Positions 36,375 to 47,918 of a stretch of 64,000 nucleotides of DNA are shown here, piece by piece; positions within the stretch are counted from its first letter, which is position 1; each line of letters starts with the position of its first letter. The DNA lies in the NCBI RefSeq assembly GCF_030028105.1, contig NC_092378.1:106939731-107003730 (forward strand), in the 5' to 3' direction. The stretch comes from Mobula birostris. Taxonomy: Eukaryota. The notes under the pieces were generated by a model. It did no database searches. It was not told where the DNA came from and was given only the letters and a program-made list of their open reading frames with translations. The translations under genes were made by a program, and so were the position numbers.

Positions 36375-37923
36375 CAGGTTTCCCCTGCCATCCGAAGGTA
36401 AAGCGTTCCTATGAAACAGTTCGTAAGCCGAAATGTCATAAAGCGAAGAAACAATTACCATTTACTTATATGGGAAAATTTTGTGAGCATTCGCAGACCC
36501 AAAAATAACCTACCAAATCATGCCAAATAACACATAAAACTTAAAAATAACGGTAACATATAGTAACAGCTGGAACGATATGATAAATACACAGCCTATA
36601 TAAAATAGGAATACTTCTCTACAATCATTGCTGCACTGGTCTCCGTAGCGAAAATCTCACGCAAGCACTCTTGGCAGAAACACTCTCTCCAGTAACCTTT
36701 AAGCTATGAAGCTGCCAATTCATACCAAATAACACATAAAAATACACAGCCTATATAAAGTAGAAATATGTATGTACAGTGTATTATCACTTACCGAAAT
36801 TGGGAAGACAGCGCCAAGCACACTGATAATGGTGTTAGGCTGAGTCGTTGGAGGTTGGGGTGGTGAAGTGGCCCCCAACCTCCGGACCGCCGACCGATAC
36901 CGATCCGCGAAGAATGCAGCGGTCGTCGGAACGCACCCAGCACATCTTTAAGAAAAAAGCCGAAATAAACAAGCAAATTAATTAGGTGCCACCCGGCACG
37001 TAAATGTCGGCCCAGATCAGAGGAGACACAATTGGCAATCGCCTCTGATCTAGGTCGACATTTACGTGTCGGGTGGCACCTAATTAATTAGCTTGTTTAA
37101 TTTTGGGTTTTTTTCTTAGATGTGCTGGGTGCCTACCGGCTACCGCTGCATTCTCCACAGCCCAGGGGTTGGGTTGCTTTGTTTCCATCAGGGCTGGCAG
37201 GTCATCTTCTTCTATGTCTGCCTGCCTCAATGTTGAAGGTCGAGGTTCGTCGTCTGCTGTGGCCGATGTGGAAGGCTTGCTTGACTGCTTAGCCTTACAC
37301 ATTTTTCTATCATACAGTTCTTTGTAAGCACTCAAACCATCTTGCAAATATGCCCTAAACCGACATACCCTTTCAAAATTAAAGTCGTACTTTATCATTG
37401 CAGCGAAAATCTCACGCAGTTGCTTCACGTTCAGTTCCTGGGCGTCTTCACTTTTGGTCCGTTTGCTACTGCATTCGATTTCGATTGTTATCCTTTCCTC
37501 TTCCAATTGCATCAGCTCTTCATCTACCAGTTCTTGGTCAAGGGATGCCAAAACCTCTTCAACATCATCTTCCTCACCTTCCACATGCCAAACTCACTTT
37601 GTCCTTACTTTGTTCACCACGATCGAAATGCTTAATTATGTCTAGTTTTACACTAACACCCAACGAGCTCTTTTAGGCTTTTCCAATACCTTAGAAGTCA
37701 CCTTGCTAACGGCTGCTCACGGGCACGTGTTTAAGCAATGCCGGCTAGAATGCAGTTCCGGGGGAGGAGCTCGGCTGCTCGGGGCGCACGCTGCCTTTTA
37801 GCGCGCGCTGCTTTTTTCGTAACAGTGAAAACACCTTCTGTTAGCGAATTCTGTTAACTAATGTAGGTCTTTCATAACAGTGAGGTTTCGTAAATCAAAC
37901 GTTCGAAAAGCGGGGGACACCTG
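36375..37923 (-). mobile_element. Tigger/pogo DNA transposon, internally deleted
   Basis: TA-flanked imperfect TIRs caggtttcccctg / cgggggacacctg; acidic transposase C-terminal relic (ORF 37084-37584). Confidence 0.82.
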
Positions 37924-37959
37924 TACCGTTTCCTACTTCCGGTCTTTTGCACCACTCTG

Positions 37960-38201
37960 CCACAGCAACCCCCAACAGACTGGATTAACCCAAACCTAAC
38001 CATAGGATAATATACAATGACCAATTAACCCACCCGCTATGTCATTGGACTGTGGGAGACACCGCAGCACCCGGAGAAAACCCACACATTCCACAGGGAG
38101 GACATACAGACTCTTTACGGAGAGCGCTACAATTTAACTCCAAAATACAGAATGCCCCCGAGCTGTAAAATAGTCATGCTAACAGCTACGCTACCGTGGC
38201 A
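37960..38201 (-). mobile_element. tRNA-derived V-SINE-like element
   Basis: cacccggagaaaacccacaca core and head gctaacagctacgctaccgtg; related copy at 56280-56583. Confidence 0.65.
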
Positions 38202-38249
38202 CGCTAATAAATGGCATTGATAAATTTTGAAATTTACATGGCAGTCCAA

Positions 38250-39062
38250 TGGTACCAAGCTTAGATATCAATCAAGTTGCAAGATAGAGATAGGCCAGAA
38301 GAATGTGCAGAAAAGTGGCAGATGGAATTTAACACAAAAATAGATGCAATTCACCAGCAAAAGAAATGGGAAGTGGCAACGTATACCACATGTCACAAAT
38401 CTAAAGATTTGTGCAGGAACAGAGGGTCTGGGGATTGAGTGCATTGAACTTTGAATACGGCAGAACATTAGGAAAGAGTAGTCAATGAATCATGTGGCAT
38501 CTTGGGTTTCATAAATAGATACACAAAATAAAAATATAGTTATGTTACAGAAGAGCTTAGGAAAGCCCTGTTTAAATTATCAGAAAAATCTCATTTGGTT
38601 CTGGTAACTACACCTTAGGAAAGGTCCTCAAGTATTTGAGATGATGTAAGGCAAGAGATCTAGCAATAAGGTTAGGCTAGAGAATCTGTTCTCCCTAGGG
38701 AAAAGGAAGCTGAGGGGAGATTTAATTGATGTGTGTGAAATTATAACAGATGTAGACAAGGGAGACAAAACAAAAGCTGTTGTTATGAGCCAGTAATTGA
38801 AGAGCCAATGGACACAAACTTCACACTTCGGGCAAAAATATAGAGAAATGTGAGGAAGAACCCACAGTTTGTTTTTATATAGCAAGTGGTATTAAACTGG
38901 CATTCTTAGCCTATACGAGTCACTGAAGCAGAGACTATTAATGATTCAAGAAGAAAATTAGATACGTAGGAGATCAATAACTTTGCAAGGCTAGGTGGCC
39001 AGAGCAGGAGAATGAAACCCATAGGATTGTTCTACACAATTCTAACATGGCTCGAGTGGGCA
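38250..39062 (+). mobile_element. Old CR1 LINE relic
   Basis: aagtggcagatggaatttaa and aggaagctgaggggagatttaattga CR1 ORF2 hallmarks. Confidence 0.6.
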
Positions 39063-39219
39063 AATGACCATGTGGCTCAAGATGGCTTTGGTAACTTCTA
39101 AGTTAAAGAAAGGCAAACTACTTATTATTATTGTTTCTCCGCACAAAAAAGTTGCATATTTGGTATGCAACAACCACAGACATTCACCTTGTTGCAGTCA
39201 AAGTAATTATTTCCCATAC

Positions 39220-39350
39220 CTGATCAGCAGGTACAAGAAACAGCAAAAAATCTCCAACTTCATCACCATCTAGATCTGGAAGCACCAGTGCAGGACTAAT
39301 CACTGAAAGGTCAGCAGCAAGACTGGTATTGAGTCTCCACAATGTTTCAC
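39220..39350 (-). CDS. FAM234A: FAM234A coding exon 4
   Basis: GETLWRLNTSLAADLSVISPALVLPDLDGDEVGDFLLFLVPADQ (DxDGD motif); 131 nt. Confidence 0.92.
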
Positions 39351-40221
39351 CTTAAATATAATGCACAAGGCAAAATTTTTAAGTATTCATGAAAAATCAA
39401 ATGCCAAATAAAGGTTTAGATTGGTTTTAGAAATTACCAGCAATCAACATGCTGGATTATCCACTTCTCTTATAATTAAACCATTAAAATCTTAACTTTT
39501 ACATTTTCTGCTATTGTATTAAGGTGGACACAATGCAAAATTAAAGTACATGAAATGCATGTTGAGTAACTTGACAGAATCTAAAAAAAACTGCTTATGT
39601 GAAAATTAATGGGCCAGATCACAAGGAACCACACATCATTCAATCTTGGGCTTCGTAGCACACCTACATTTGTAAAACACCTACAGGTTCACAATAAAAG
39701 CAAGTGTTGCACTTCACCATCTCTGATTACTAGGTGATATCCTCTCCTCAGTAAGCAGAGAAGAGGTACTCGACTCCCCATTCTTTGCCATCAAAGTGAA
39801 CAGGAGCAGGAGGGAGCATCGTGGTTGCTCATTCTTTGGCCATCATTAACACAAGAATATCTCCAAGTCTGAGGAAGGACATATCGCAGACCAGTCCTTA
39901 ACGAGTTGAAATGTTGCCACCTCTGCTATTTCTTCCTGCATTCTTACCACCCCTCCAATTTCCCTGTTTCTTCGCACTTCTACCAGCATCCCATCTCATC
40001 TCTCTCTTATCCCTCTCCTTAAACTCTTAAACTCTCTCATCATCTCTATGTATGCATTGGCCTTTCAATTCCGTAAGTAAAAAAAACTCCCTGTTCTCCA
40101 GTTTTAGTTAATAGGTTATGAACCTTTTCATATTTACAGAAATCTAAGTTTATCTAATCTATTTAAATAACTGCTCCATGATTTTGTCTCCGTAAATATT
40201 CAAAATATTTATGATAAAGTC

Positions 40222-40364
40222 CTTCAGAGAACACTATCATGAAGTTAAATATATTCTAAATATATGTCAGAGGAACTGATTGTAGAAAGGTAATGATTGA
40301 TTCCGATAACTAGGCATCCTGAAGACCATCAAGATTTTGTAGACGACATTCAATGTGTTGAATA
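40222..40364 (-). pseudogene. Diverged partial duplicate of FAM234A coding exon 3 and adjacent intron
   Basis: Aligns to 40547-40696; 7 nt deletion; donor GT changed to AC at 40266-40267. Confidence 0.8.
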
Positions 40365-40592
40365 GAAATATCACTGAACTTAACAGGCAAAATCAGAATC
40401 TGGAAAAGGTTTCACTTCACCATCCTCAATTACCAGAAGATATCCTCTTCTGAGCAGAGAATTACTAGCCTCCCACTCTTTGCCTTTAAACGAATATGAG
40501 CTAGAGAGAGCAGGGTGGTTGGCCATCATTAACAGAAGAATATCTTCTTCAGAGAACACTACCATAAAGTTAAATATACTCGAAATATATAC

Positions 40593-40781
40593 CAGAAGAA
40601 CTGATTGTAGAAAGGTATTGGTTGATTCCAATAACCAGGCACCCTGAAGACCTTGTACCACCAAGATTTTGTAGCCCACATTCAATGTGTTGAATATCCT
40701 CTGCTAGAGCTGTCTTCCAAAGGAGGCTCCCATTTGTTCCGGAGAGAAGTGTTAGATGTGCACAAGGATGGGAAAGGCCCT
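40593..40781 (-). CDS. FAM234A: FAM234A coding exon 3
   Basis: EGLSHPCAHLTLLSGTNGSLLWKTALAEDIQHIECG...YLSTISSS; tttttcag / gtatat; 189 nt. Confidence 0.9.
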
Positions 40782-40999
40782 CTGAAAAAGCAAGCCAGAA
40801 TAAAATTTAACTGGGAATTAGTTATTATACCATTGAGCAGTTACATAGACAAGGCAATTAAAAAGCATTGTTTAAAAAAAAACCTCTCCTTTGCAGCTCA
40901 ATTTGAGCAGGAGATTATGAAAATATAAGATGTAAAATTTCAAAGTAAAAAAACACTTGATATTGTAAACCCACCAGTTCACAATTACACCAATTTGTC

Positions 41000-42812
41000 A
41001 TAGAATCATACAGTGTGGAACCAGGCCCCAGAGCCCAACATGTCCATGTCAATTGTGTTGTCCAGTGAGCTAGTCCCATCTGCCTGCATCTTTCCCATAG
41101 CCCTTTTCAACTCTCTGATCCAGTACTTATCTAGGTGGCTTTTAAATTTTGCTAATGCACCCATCCCAACCACTAGTTCTGACAGCTCATTCCAAATATG
41201 GAGCACCCTTTTCAAAGGGAAGCTGCCCCTGATGTCCCTTTCAAATCTCTCACCTCTGATCTTGAACTTATGCCCTCATTTTTCACACACCTCCCTGGAT
41301 AAAAGACTATGTACTTTCACCCTGTCTGTGTCACTCATGATCTTATATTCCTCTATCAGGTTATAGAATCATACAGCATGGAAACTGACCCCTTGTCCCA
41401 ACTGGTCCATTCCAACCAAAGCATCCCACTTTCTAGTCTCAGTTGCCCGTGTTTAGCCCATAATACTCCAAACCCTTCCCCGCCATATTCCTATCCAAAT
41501 ACTTCTTAAATGTTGCAGCTGTACCTGGCTCAACTACTTCCTTTGCCAGCTCATTCCAGGTACTCACTATACTGTGTGGAAAGAAGTTACCTCTTGGGTC
41601 CCTTTTAAATCTCTGCCCTCTTATTGTGTATGTGCCCTCTGCTTTGGACTCCCCAACCCTGAGGAAAAGACTATGACCATCCACTTTATCCATGCTTCTC
41701 ATGATTTTATAAACTCCTGAGGCCACCTCTCATTCTCCCATCTTCCAAGGAATAAAGATCCAGTGTTGCCGACCTCTTCTTCCAACTCAGACCCTCTAGT
41801 CCATGTAAGATCGTTGTAAATTTCTTCTACACCCTCTCCAGTTTGACAATGTCTTTCCTATAACAGGGCGACCAAAACTGTACACGATTCTCCAAGTGCA
41901 GTGTCACCGATGACATACAGCTGCAACTTACTACACCTTCTCCTAAACTCTAGGTCTTGTCTGACCAAGGCGAGAACGTGAAATACATTCTTCACCACCG
42001 TCTACTTGTGTGGCTGCTTTCAGCAAACTATGCACCCCTAGGCCCCGCTGTTCTACAACACCAGCCATGGCCCTAACATTCACAGTACAAGTCCTTTCCT
42101 GGTTTAATGTCCCAAAAAGCGCTATCTCACATTTTTTTCTGAATTGAAAGCCATTTGACAATTTTCAGTTCACATATCTAGCTAATCAAATTCCCTGCCT
42201 GTAATTTTTCATAGCCTTCTACATTACATACAGCACTACCTATTTTAATATCATTTGCAAACTTACTAACCATGCCTTGTACATTAATGTCCAAGTAACT
42301 TATATAAAGTACAAAATACAAAGGTCTCAACGTCAACACCTGTGGCACACCACTGGACACAGGCTTGCAGTCTGAGGAACAACTCTTGACCATCATCCTC
42401 TGCTTTCTACCATGGGGCTAATTATAAATCTAATCTGCTTCCAGACTAGCCTGCCATGAGTGATCACATCAAGATCTTGCAACACACTTCAAAGTTGCTG
42501 GTGAACGCAGCAGGCCAGGCAGCATCAATAGGAAGAGGTACAGTCGACGTTTCAGGTCGAGATCCTTCGTCAGGACTGACGAAGGCAGCTCTGACGAAGG
42601 GTCTCGGCCTGAAGCGTCAACTGTACTTCCTCCTATTGATGCTGCCTGGCCTGCTGCATTCACCAGCAACTTTGATGTGTGTTGCTTGAAATTCCTGCAT
42701 CTGCAGAATTCCTCATCTTTGCGACATCAAGATCTTGCTAAGGTCCATATGGACACCAGCCAATGTCCCACTCTCATCTACCACTTGGTTACCTCCTCGA
42801 AGAACTCCAGAA
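41000..42812 (-). mobile_element. CR1 LINE fragments (two 3' ends)
   Basis: VSSGVPQ, KFANDIKIG and YKIMRSMDKVD motifs on the minus strand. Confidence 0.75.
42481..42723. mobile_element. Hairpin mini-Penelope insertion with hammerhead motifs on both strands
   Basis: ~100 bp inverted arms; 15 bp TSD acatcaagatcttgc at 42466-42480 and 42724-42738. Confidence 0.85.
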
Positions 42813-43260
42813 AAGGACTGTAAGAAAAATGTAAGCTGTTTCACTGAGATTGTGATATACAGAAATTAACACCAAATTTTTGGAATACGCCAAGATATTT
42901 TTCAGAAAAGAGTGATATTTTATAATTTTCTTCATTCCTTCATACAAATTAGTATGAGAAAACTCTGAATTTCAATATACTGCCCTCAGATTATATTCTA
43001 ATTAAATGGAAAAGTGGTAAAGCCAATCAGTGAGAATACCAAGGGAAGAGAATATTGTTAGATTCACTATCAATAACTTCAAAAGGTTCAGGACCTTCAA
43101 TACATAAACAGCCAGCTTGATTTAATTATGAAAATCAGCAATCTGTATAATTAAAGTGAAGGCATCAAGTTAACAGCAAACTGAAGTAATACAGAAATTG
43201 GAGTACCAATATAATAAAAGCAAAACAAAAATATCATGCACAACTACGATAGTCCCTTAC

Positions 43261-43371
43261 CGTCATATGAACACGATCCATTGTTAGTGTCGTTGGCATC
43301 CTTGAATGCAAACATCACATCTGCAACTTTGTCTTTGTTCGCATCCCACAGTGTGAGAAAAGGGTAAGTTA
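43261..43371 (-). CDS. FAM234A: FAM234A coding exon 2
   Basis: VTYPFLTLWDANKDKVADVMFAFKDANDTNNGSCSYD; ttcag / gtaag; 111 nt. Confidence 0.92.
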
Positions 43372-43667
43372 CTGAAATACGATAAATGAAAAAATATTTT
43401 CAGGTCTCAATATCTTATTTCTGTTTAATGAATTGAGTATGTTTGTATCTTCTCAAATAGCAAGAACTCAAGAAAATATAACCAAACTGCTTTTAGAAAT
43501 CTTGAAATTATTGACCTGTCGATAAAACTAACAAGTAAAATTTAACATAAAAAAGTAATATTTCTTTAAAATGATAAACATTTAAATCCATATTGCTCTT
43601 ATTATTTTGCATCATTTAATGTAATTATCCAAGACCCAAGAATGATAAGAAACACATTTAACTTTAC

Positions 43668-43938
43668 CTGCATTTTCAAATGTTCTGGTCCATGTCCTTT
43701 GTGATGAAGGCCTCACTGGGCAAGGAATTACAAAGGAAAATGCAAACACCACAACAAGGCATAAAAATAAGACCAAGAAAAAGGCAGCGGTTCTCCACCA
43801 GGAAAGCTGACGAAATTTTGTAACCTTTTTGGACTTGGTTTCTTTGGGCTTGTCAGAAGCTTCATTCAAGTCTTGAGTTCTGACTTCTTCATTTTTCAGA
43901 GGATGTATCTCTGCCTCTAAATCTTTGTTTTCAGTCAT
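43668..43938 (-). CDS. FAM234A: FAM234A coding exon 1 (start codon, TM segment)
   Basis: MTENKDLEAEIHPLKNEE...AAFFLVLFLCLVVVFAFSFVIPCPVRPSSQRTW; donor CAG|gtaaag; 271 nt. Confidence 0.95.
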
Positions 43939-45579
43939 ATTCCTAGTCTACATCACAATACAAATAGCTGAGTTTCTTATTCAGAACGTTCTTCTCCTCT
44001 TGCAGCAACTCTCCTCACCTTGCCAGTACACTTCCTGTAAGGGTTAAAAACAGAATTTACACAATACAGAAACCTTTCTGTCACTGTGAACATCAGGTGA
44101 AAGAATATCCATTCAGCAGAAAGTAATCTCTTCTATTTGCTCATCATTATTTTGCAAAAATCTTCCAGAAAATATAATTTCAAGTCCCAAACAACCACGG
44201 TTTATTAGACTCACCAACAGAAGACAGAAAGGGAAGTTACACAACACCACAAGAAATGTAATCAGCACACTTACGTCACTGGTGCAACAGAAAAGTCTAT
44301 TAAGTGACATGAGAAAACCTGTTTATTACAGAAACAAGTTCTAGATATTCAAGTATTACTTTTGGGAACATGAAAAACATGAATTAGGCCATTTGGCCCG
44401 TCAAGTCTGCTCTGCCATTCAATCATGGCTGATCCTCCCCCCCACCTTAACCCCAGTTCCTGGCCTTCTCCCTGTAATCTTTGATGCCATGTCCAATCAA
44501 GAACCTATCAATCTCTACCTTAGTAAGACCATAAGACATAGGAACAGACTTAGGCTATCTATAGTCCAATTAGCAGCAAAATCCAAACTGCTGGAGGAAG
44601 TCAGCAAGTCAGAAAGCATCTGTCAAGACAAAGGGATAGTCGATATTACAGGTTGAGACCCTACATCAGGACGAGATTTTGTATCAGAACTCTGGCCCAT
44701 TGACTTCCACCAGTAATTTGTTTTTGGTCAGATTATAGCACCTGCTGCCTTTTGTACCTGAATCACCCATTTTGCAGCAACAAACAATCTGCTGGAAGAA
44801 TCCAGCGGGTTAAGCAGTATCTGTGGGACGAAAGGAATTATCAATGATTCAAGTCAAAACACTACATCAGGACTAAAGTCTTCCAGAGGATTTTTTTTTG
44901 CTCCAGATTCCAGCACCTGCTGTCTCTTGTGTAACCCAATTTGTGTTTGGTTTCTCCAGAGCAGAGGTCATATTTTTGTCAACCATCCCTCTCTTCCTTT
45001 TTGATTTATCTGTATATTCTAGCCTGCTGGCATGTCATGAATTTCACAACAATAGTAATATTTTACATAAAGAAGTTACTGCCTTTAACAGCCACACTAT
45101 TTCACTCTATAGTAGAAATTTTCTTTGTTGCCCTCCTCTGTTACCTAAGGTAACCAATTTTCTTTCTTTCTCTGTTCTGAGGCTTACAGACCCACTGAAC
45201 TGTTGCTACATTTTCTACTTTTATCTAGATTAGTTCCATTTAAGCTTTTTCATAAACACCAACGATTCAAAAAGACATTGACCCAACAAAAGCAACGACA
45301 GAAAAAAATTTATTTAGTAACATTTCAGATACATTTATCTAGTAATATTTGCAACATGAATAATATGTTATATTATTCAAGTCTATGCTGCATTTTTCCA
45401 TGTTTAAAATTGAAAGTGACGTTATAAATTTAAATAAGAAATCAAACAAGTTCATCTTTATGAAAGACATCTTTCACTCCATATAGAAATCTCACCATAT
45501 TTCGAGAATCATGCATATATATCAGGGCGCGCATGGTTTTTGAAATACAGTGGATATATAGACACAAACGCACACGTAA

Positions 45580-47225
45580 TGTGTAAAAATTCTGTAAAGT
45601 GAAGATGCTTTCATAGTTATAGAACAGTACAGCTCATAAACAGGCCCCTCGGCCCATTTACTCCATGCAGAATCACTTAAACTGGCTACTCCCATTGACT
45701 AGCATCGGGACCATGGGACCATAGTCCTCCATATACCTACTATCCACGTAAATTTCCAAACTTCCCTTAAACACTGAAACTGAGCACACAAGAACCTCTT
45801 ACACTGGCAATTCACTCAACACTCTCACGACCCTTCTGATGAAGAACTTTCCCTTCATGTTCTCCTTAAACATTTTTACCTTTCACCCTTAACCCATGAT
45901 CTCTAGTTGTAGTCCCACCCGCCCACAATGAAATGAAACGTTTCTAAATATCAAAAAAAATACTAGAAGGAGCAGTAAATGGTAAAAAAAAAACTAAATC
46001 AAATCAATATTTGGTGTGACCAGCCTTTGCCTTTACAATTGCTTCAATTCTCTTAGGTACACTATTGTGCTGTTTTATAAGAAAATCTGCTGGTAGGTTG
46101 TTCGAAGCATCTTGGAGAACATGCCATAGTTCTTCTGCACAGGTGGTGTGTTTGGAGTCATTGTCATGCTGCAGAATGAAGTTAGGACTGATCAGACACC
46201 TCCCTGATGGTATTGTACAATGGATGAGAATCTGCTTGTACTTCTCAGATTGAGGATTCCTTTGATTCTGACCAGATCACAAACTCCATTTGCCCCAAAC
46301 CTGCAGGGAACCTCCACCATACTGCACTGTTGGCTTCAGACACTTATCCATGTAGTGCTCTTCAGCTCTTCAACAGACAAACTGCTCCTGTTTGCATAAA
46401 AATGTAAAATCTTGACTCATCAGTCCAAGCACTTGCTCCCTTTGTTCAGCACCCTTGTCTGTGTTTTTGTGTGTAGGTGAGTGTTTTGGCTTTGTTATCA
46501 CCTCAGAGGAATGACTTTTTGGCAGCAACTCTTCCATGAAGGCCACTTCTCCGGACTGTAAAGGGGTGTACTTGGGTTCCAGTGGTTTCTCTTAGTTCAG
46601 AGCTGATAGCAGTGCTGGACCTCTTCTGATTTAGAAGATGTATCTCTCATCTGCTGCACTCAGTTTCCATGGATGACCACCACTGTGTTTCTGGTCCTCA
46701 TCCTTGCCCGCTTCTTTGTGCTTCTTCAAAAGAGCTTGGACAGCACATCTTGAAACTCCCATCTGCTGCAAAATTTCTGCTTGGGAGAGACATTGCTGAT
46801 ACACAATGGCCACCTTGTGTCTTGTTACTAGGCTCACTCTTACCAAGGTGTAAGATTTGATGATTTGAAGACTAAATTGTCAAATCTGCCACATCGTCAC
46901 CTTTTAAGTTTGGTTGGCTTTTGCCCAGTTTGATTCCTCCTACACCTGTTTCTGTTTCAATTTATCATTTAGTTCATTCAACTCATTATGTCATTGATCA
47001 TTAGCGTCCTGTTTGCTATTTTTATTTAACCACACCTATAAAGTAACCAAGTTTTTATTTGAAAAGTGGACATTACTTAATATGCTAGTTAATGAAACAG
47101 AACAAAGTTCTCTGTAATATTAACTTTTATGGAAATGATTGTTTATAAATCTAACGTGCTCTTTTCTAGTGGCACATGAATGCAGAAGACAAAACATAAA
47201 AATCTAAAACAAAATTATAAAAATT
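45580..47225 (-). mobile_element. Tc1-like DNA transposon relic with CR1 fragment inserted (~45613-45920)
   Basis: HTH relic LSQAEILQQMGVSRCAVQALLKKHKEAG...KLSAADERYI and QHDNDSKH-like DDE segment; boundaries approximate. Confidence 0.7.
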
Positions 47226-47515
47226 TATATATACACACACACGTGCGTGTTACTCTAGATTTCCAGTGTCAACTGAATTTCTTGCCTTTATTCCCTTTAA
47301 ATTGTGAATCATCTTCAACTGATCTCAATATACATTTTTAATTGGTAAACTTCTTATCAGGAGATTTACAGGATTCATTCCATAACAGGCTCATAGGTAT
47401 AAAATGACACCAAAATAAAATCGTCATTCTTCCAACCCAAAGAGACCAAAATGATAGCACAAACAACAACCACCCCTCTGCATAATATTTAAACATTTGT
47501 CCAACAATTCCTTAC

Positions 47516-47590
47516 TGCAACCACCAGCAGTCACCGACTCCAATTCTCCAGCCAATGCTTTCAAGCACTGTCACGTCCGTTTCCTCGTCC
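47516..47590 (-). other. FAM234A: Putative non-coding first exon of FAM234A
   Basis: Donor GCA|gtaagg at 47515, directly downstream of the bidirectional promoter. Candidate acceptor of the next exon at 44035-44036. Confidence 0.55.
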
Positions 47591-47800
47591 AGAGGCCGAG
47601 CACTGCGCATGCACGCTTGGTTCACGATACTCTCTGGGTATTGTAGTCCATTTCCGGACAGGCTACAACACAAGATCTTTATATGTACTACAACTCCCGA
47701 CAACCCTCACGATTTGTTCGTTGTGAGAGTGCCCGGAAGGTTGGTACGTTACCGAGGGAGAGCGCCGACTAGGCCTCGGATTCACGGCGCAGTGTTTCCG
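47560..47800. promoter_or_regulatory. Bidirectional promoter FAM234A / LUC7L
   Basis: CpG-enriched. NRF1-like TGCGCATGCA 47604-47613. Two oppositely oriented ZNF143/THAP11-type ACTACAnnnCCC motifs (47631-47647 minus, 47687-47706 plus). ETS CCGGAA on both strands (~47651-47656, ~47733-47738). Confidence 0.8.
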
Positions 47801-47857
47801 ACATTTATGCAGTAACATTTTGTTTTACAATTAACAAAATAATCTTGAAACAATAAA

Positions 47858-47918
47858 ATGTCTGCTCAAGCTCAAATGAGAGCGATGCTGGACCAGTTAA
47901 TGGGCACATCCAGGGACG
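47858..47918 (+). CDS. LUC7L: LUC7L exon 1
   Basis: MSAQAQMRAMLDQLMGTSRD; donor ACG|gtaagt. Confidence 0.95.

Larger units (their letters stand above)
15444..47590 (-). other. FAM234A: FAM234A (ITFG3) gene span: stop codon to putative first exon. 11 coding exons, 1713 nt CDS, 570 aa membrane protein with one N-terminal TM segment and FG-GAP-like repeats
   Basis: All exons have GT-AG boundaries and consistent phases. N-terminus KDLEAEIHPLKNEE and FSFVIPCP match FAM234A as recalled. Head-to-head with LUC7L, as in human. Confidence 0.93.

Noticed and set aside
37084-37584. 166 aa acidic ORF as a host gene or domesticated TIGD
   Set aside because: Lies between TA-flanked TIRs, lacks DNA-binding and DDE domains, and runs into the palindrome.
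40380-40685. 101 aa ORF with an apparently repeated motif (LLRRGY..DGEV also near 39720)
   Set aside because: Off-frame read of FAM234A coding exon 3 plus intron; the recurrence is explained by the local tandem duplication.
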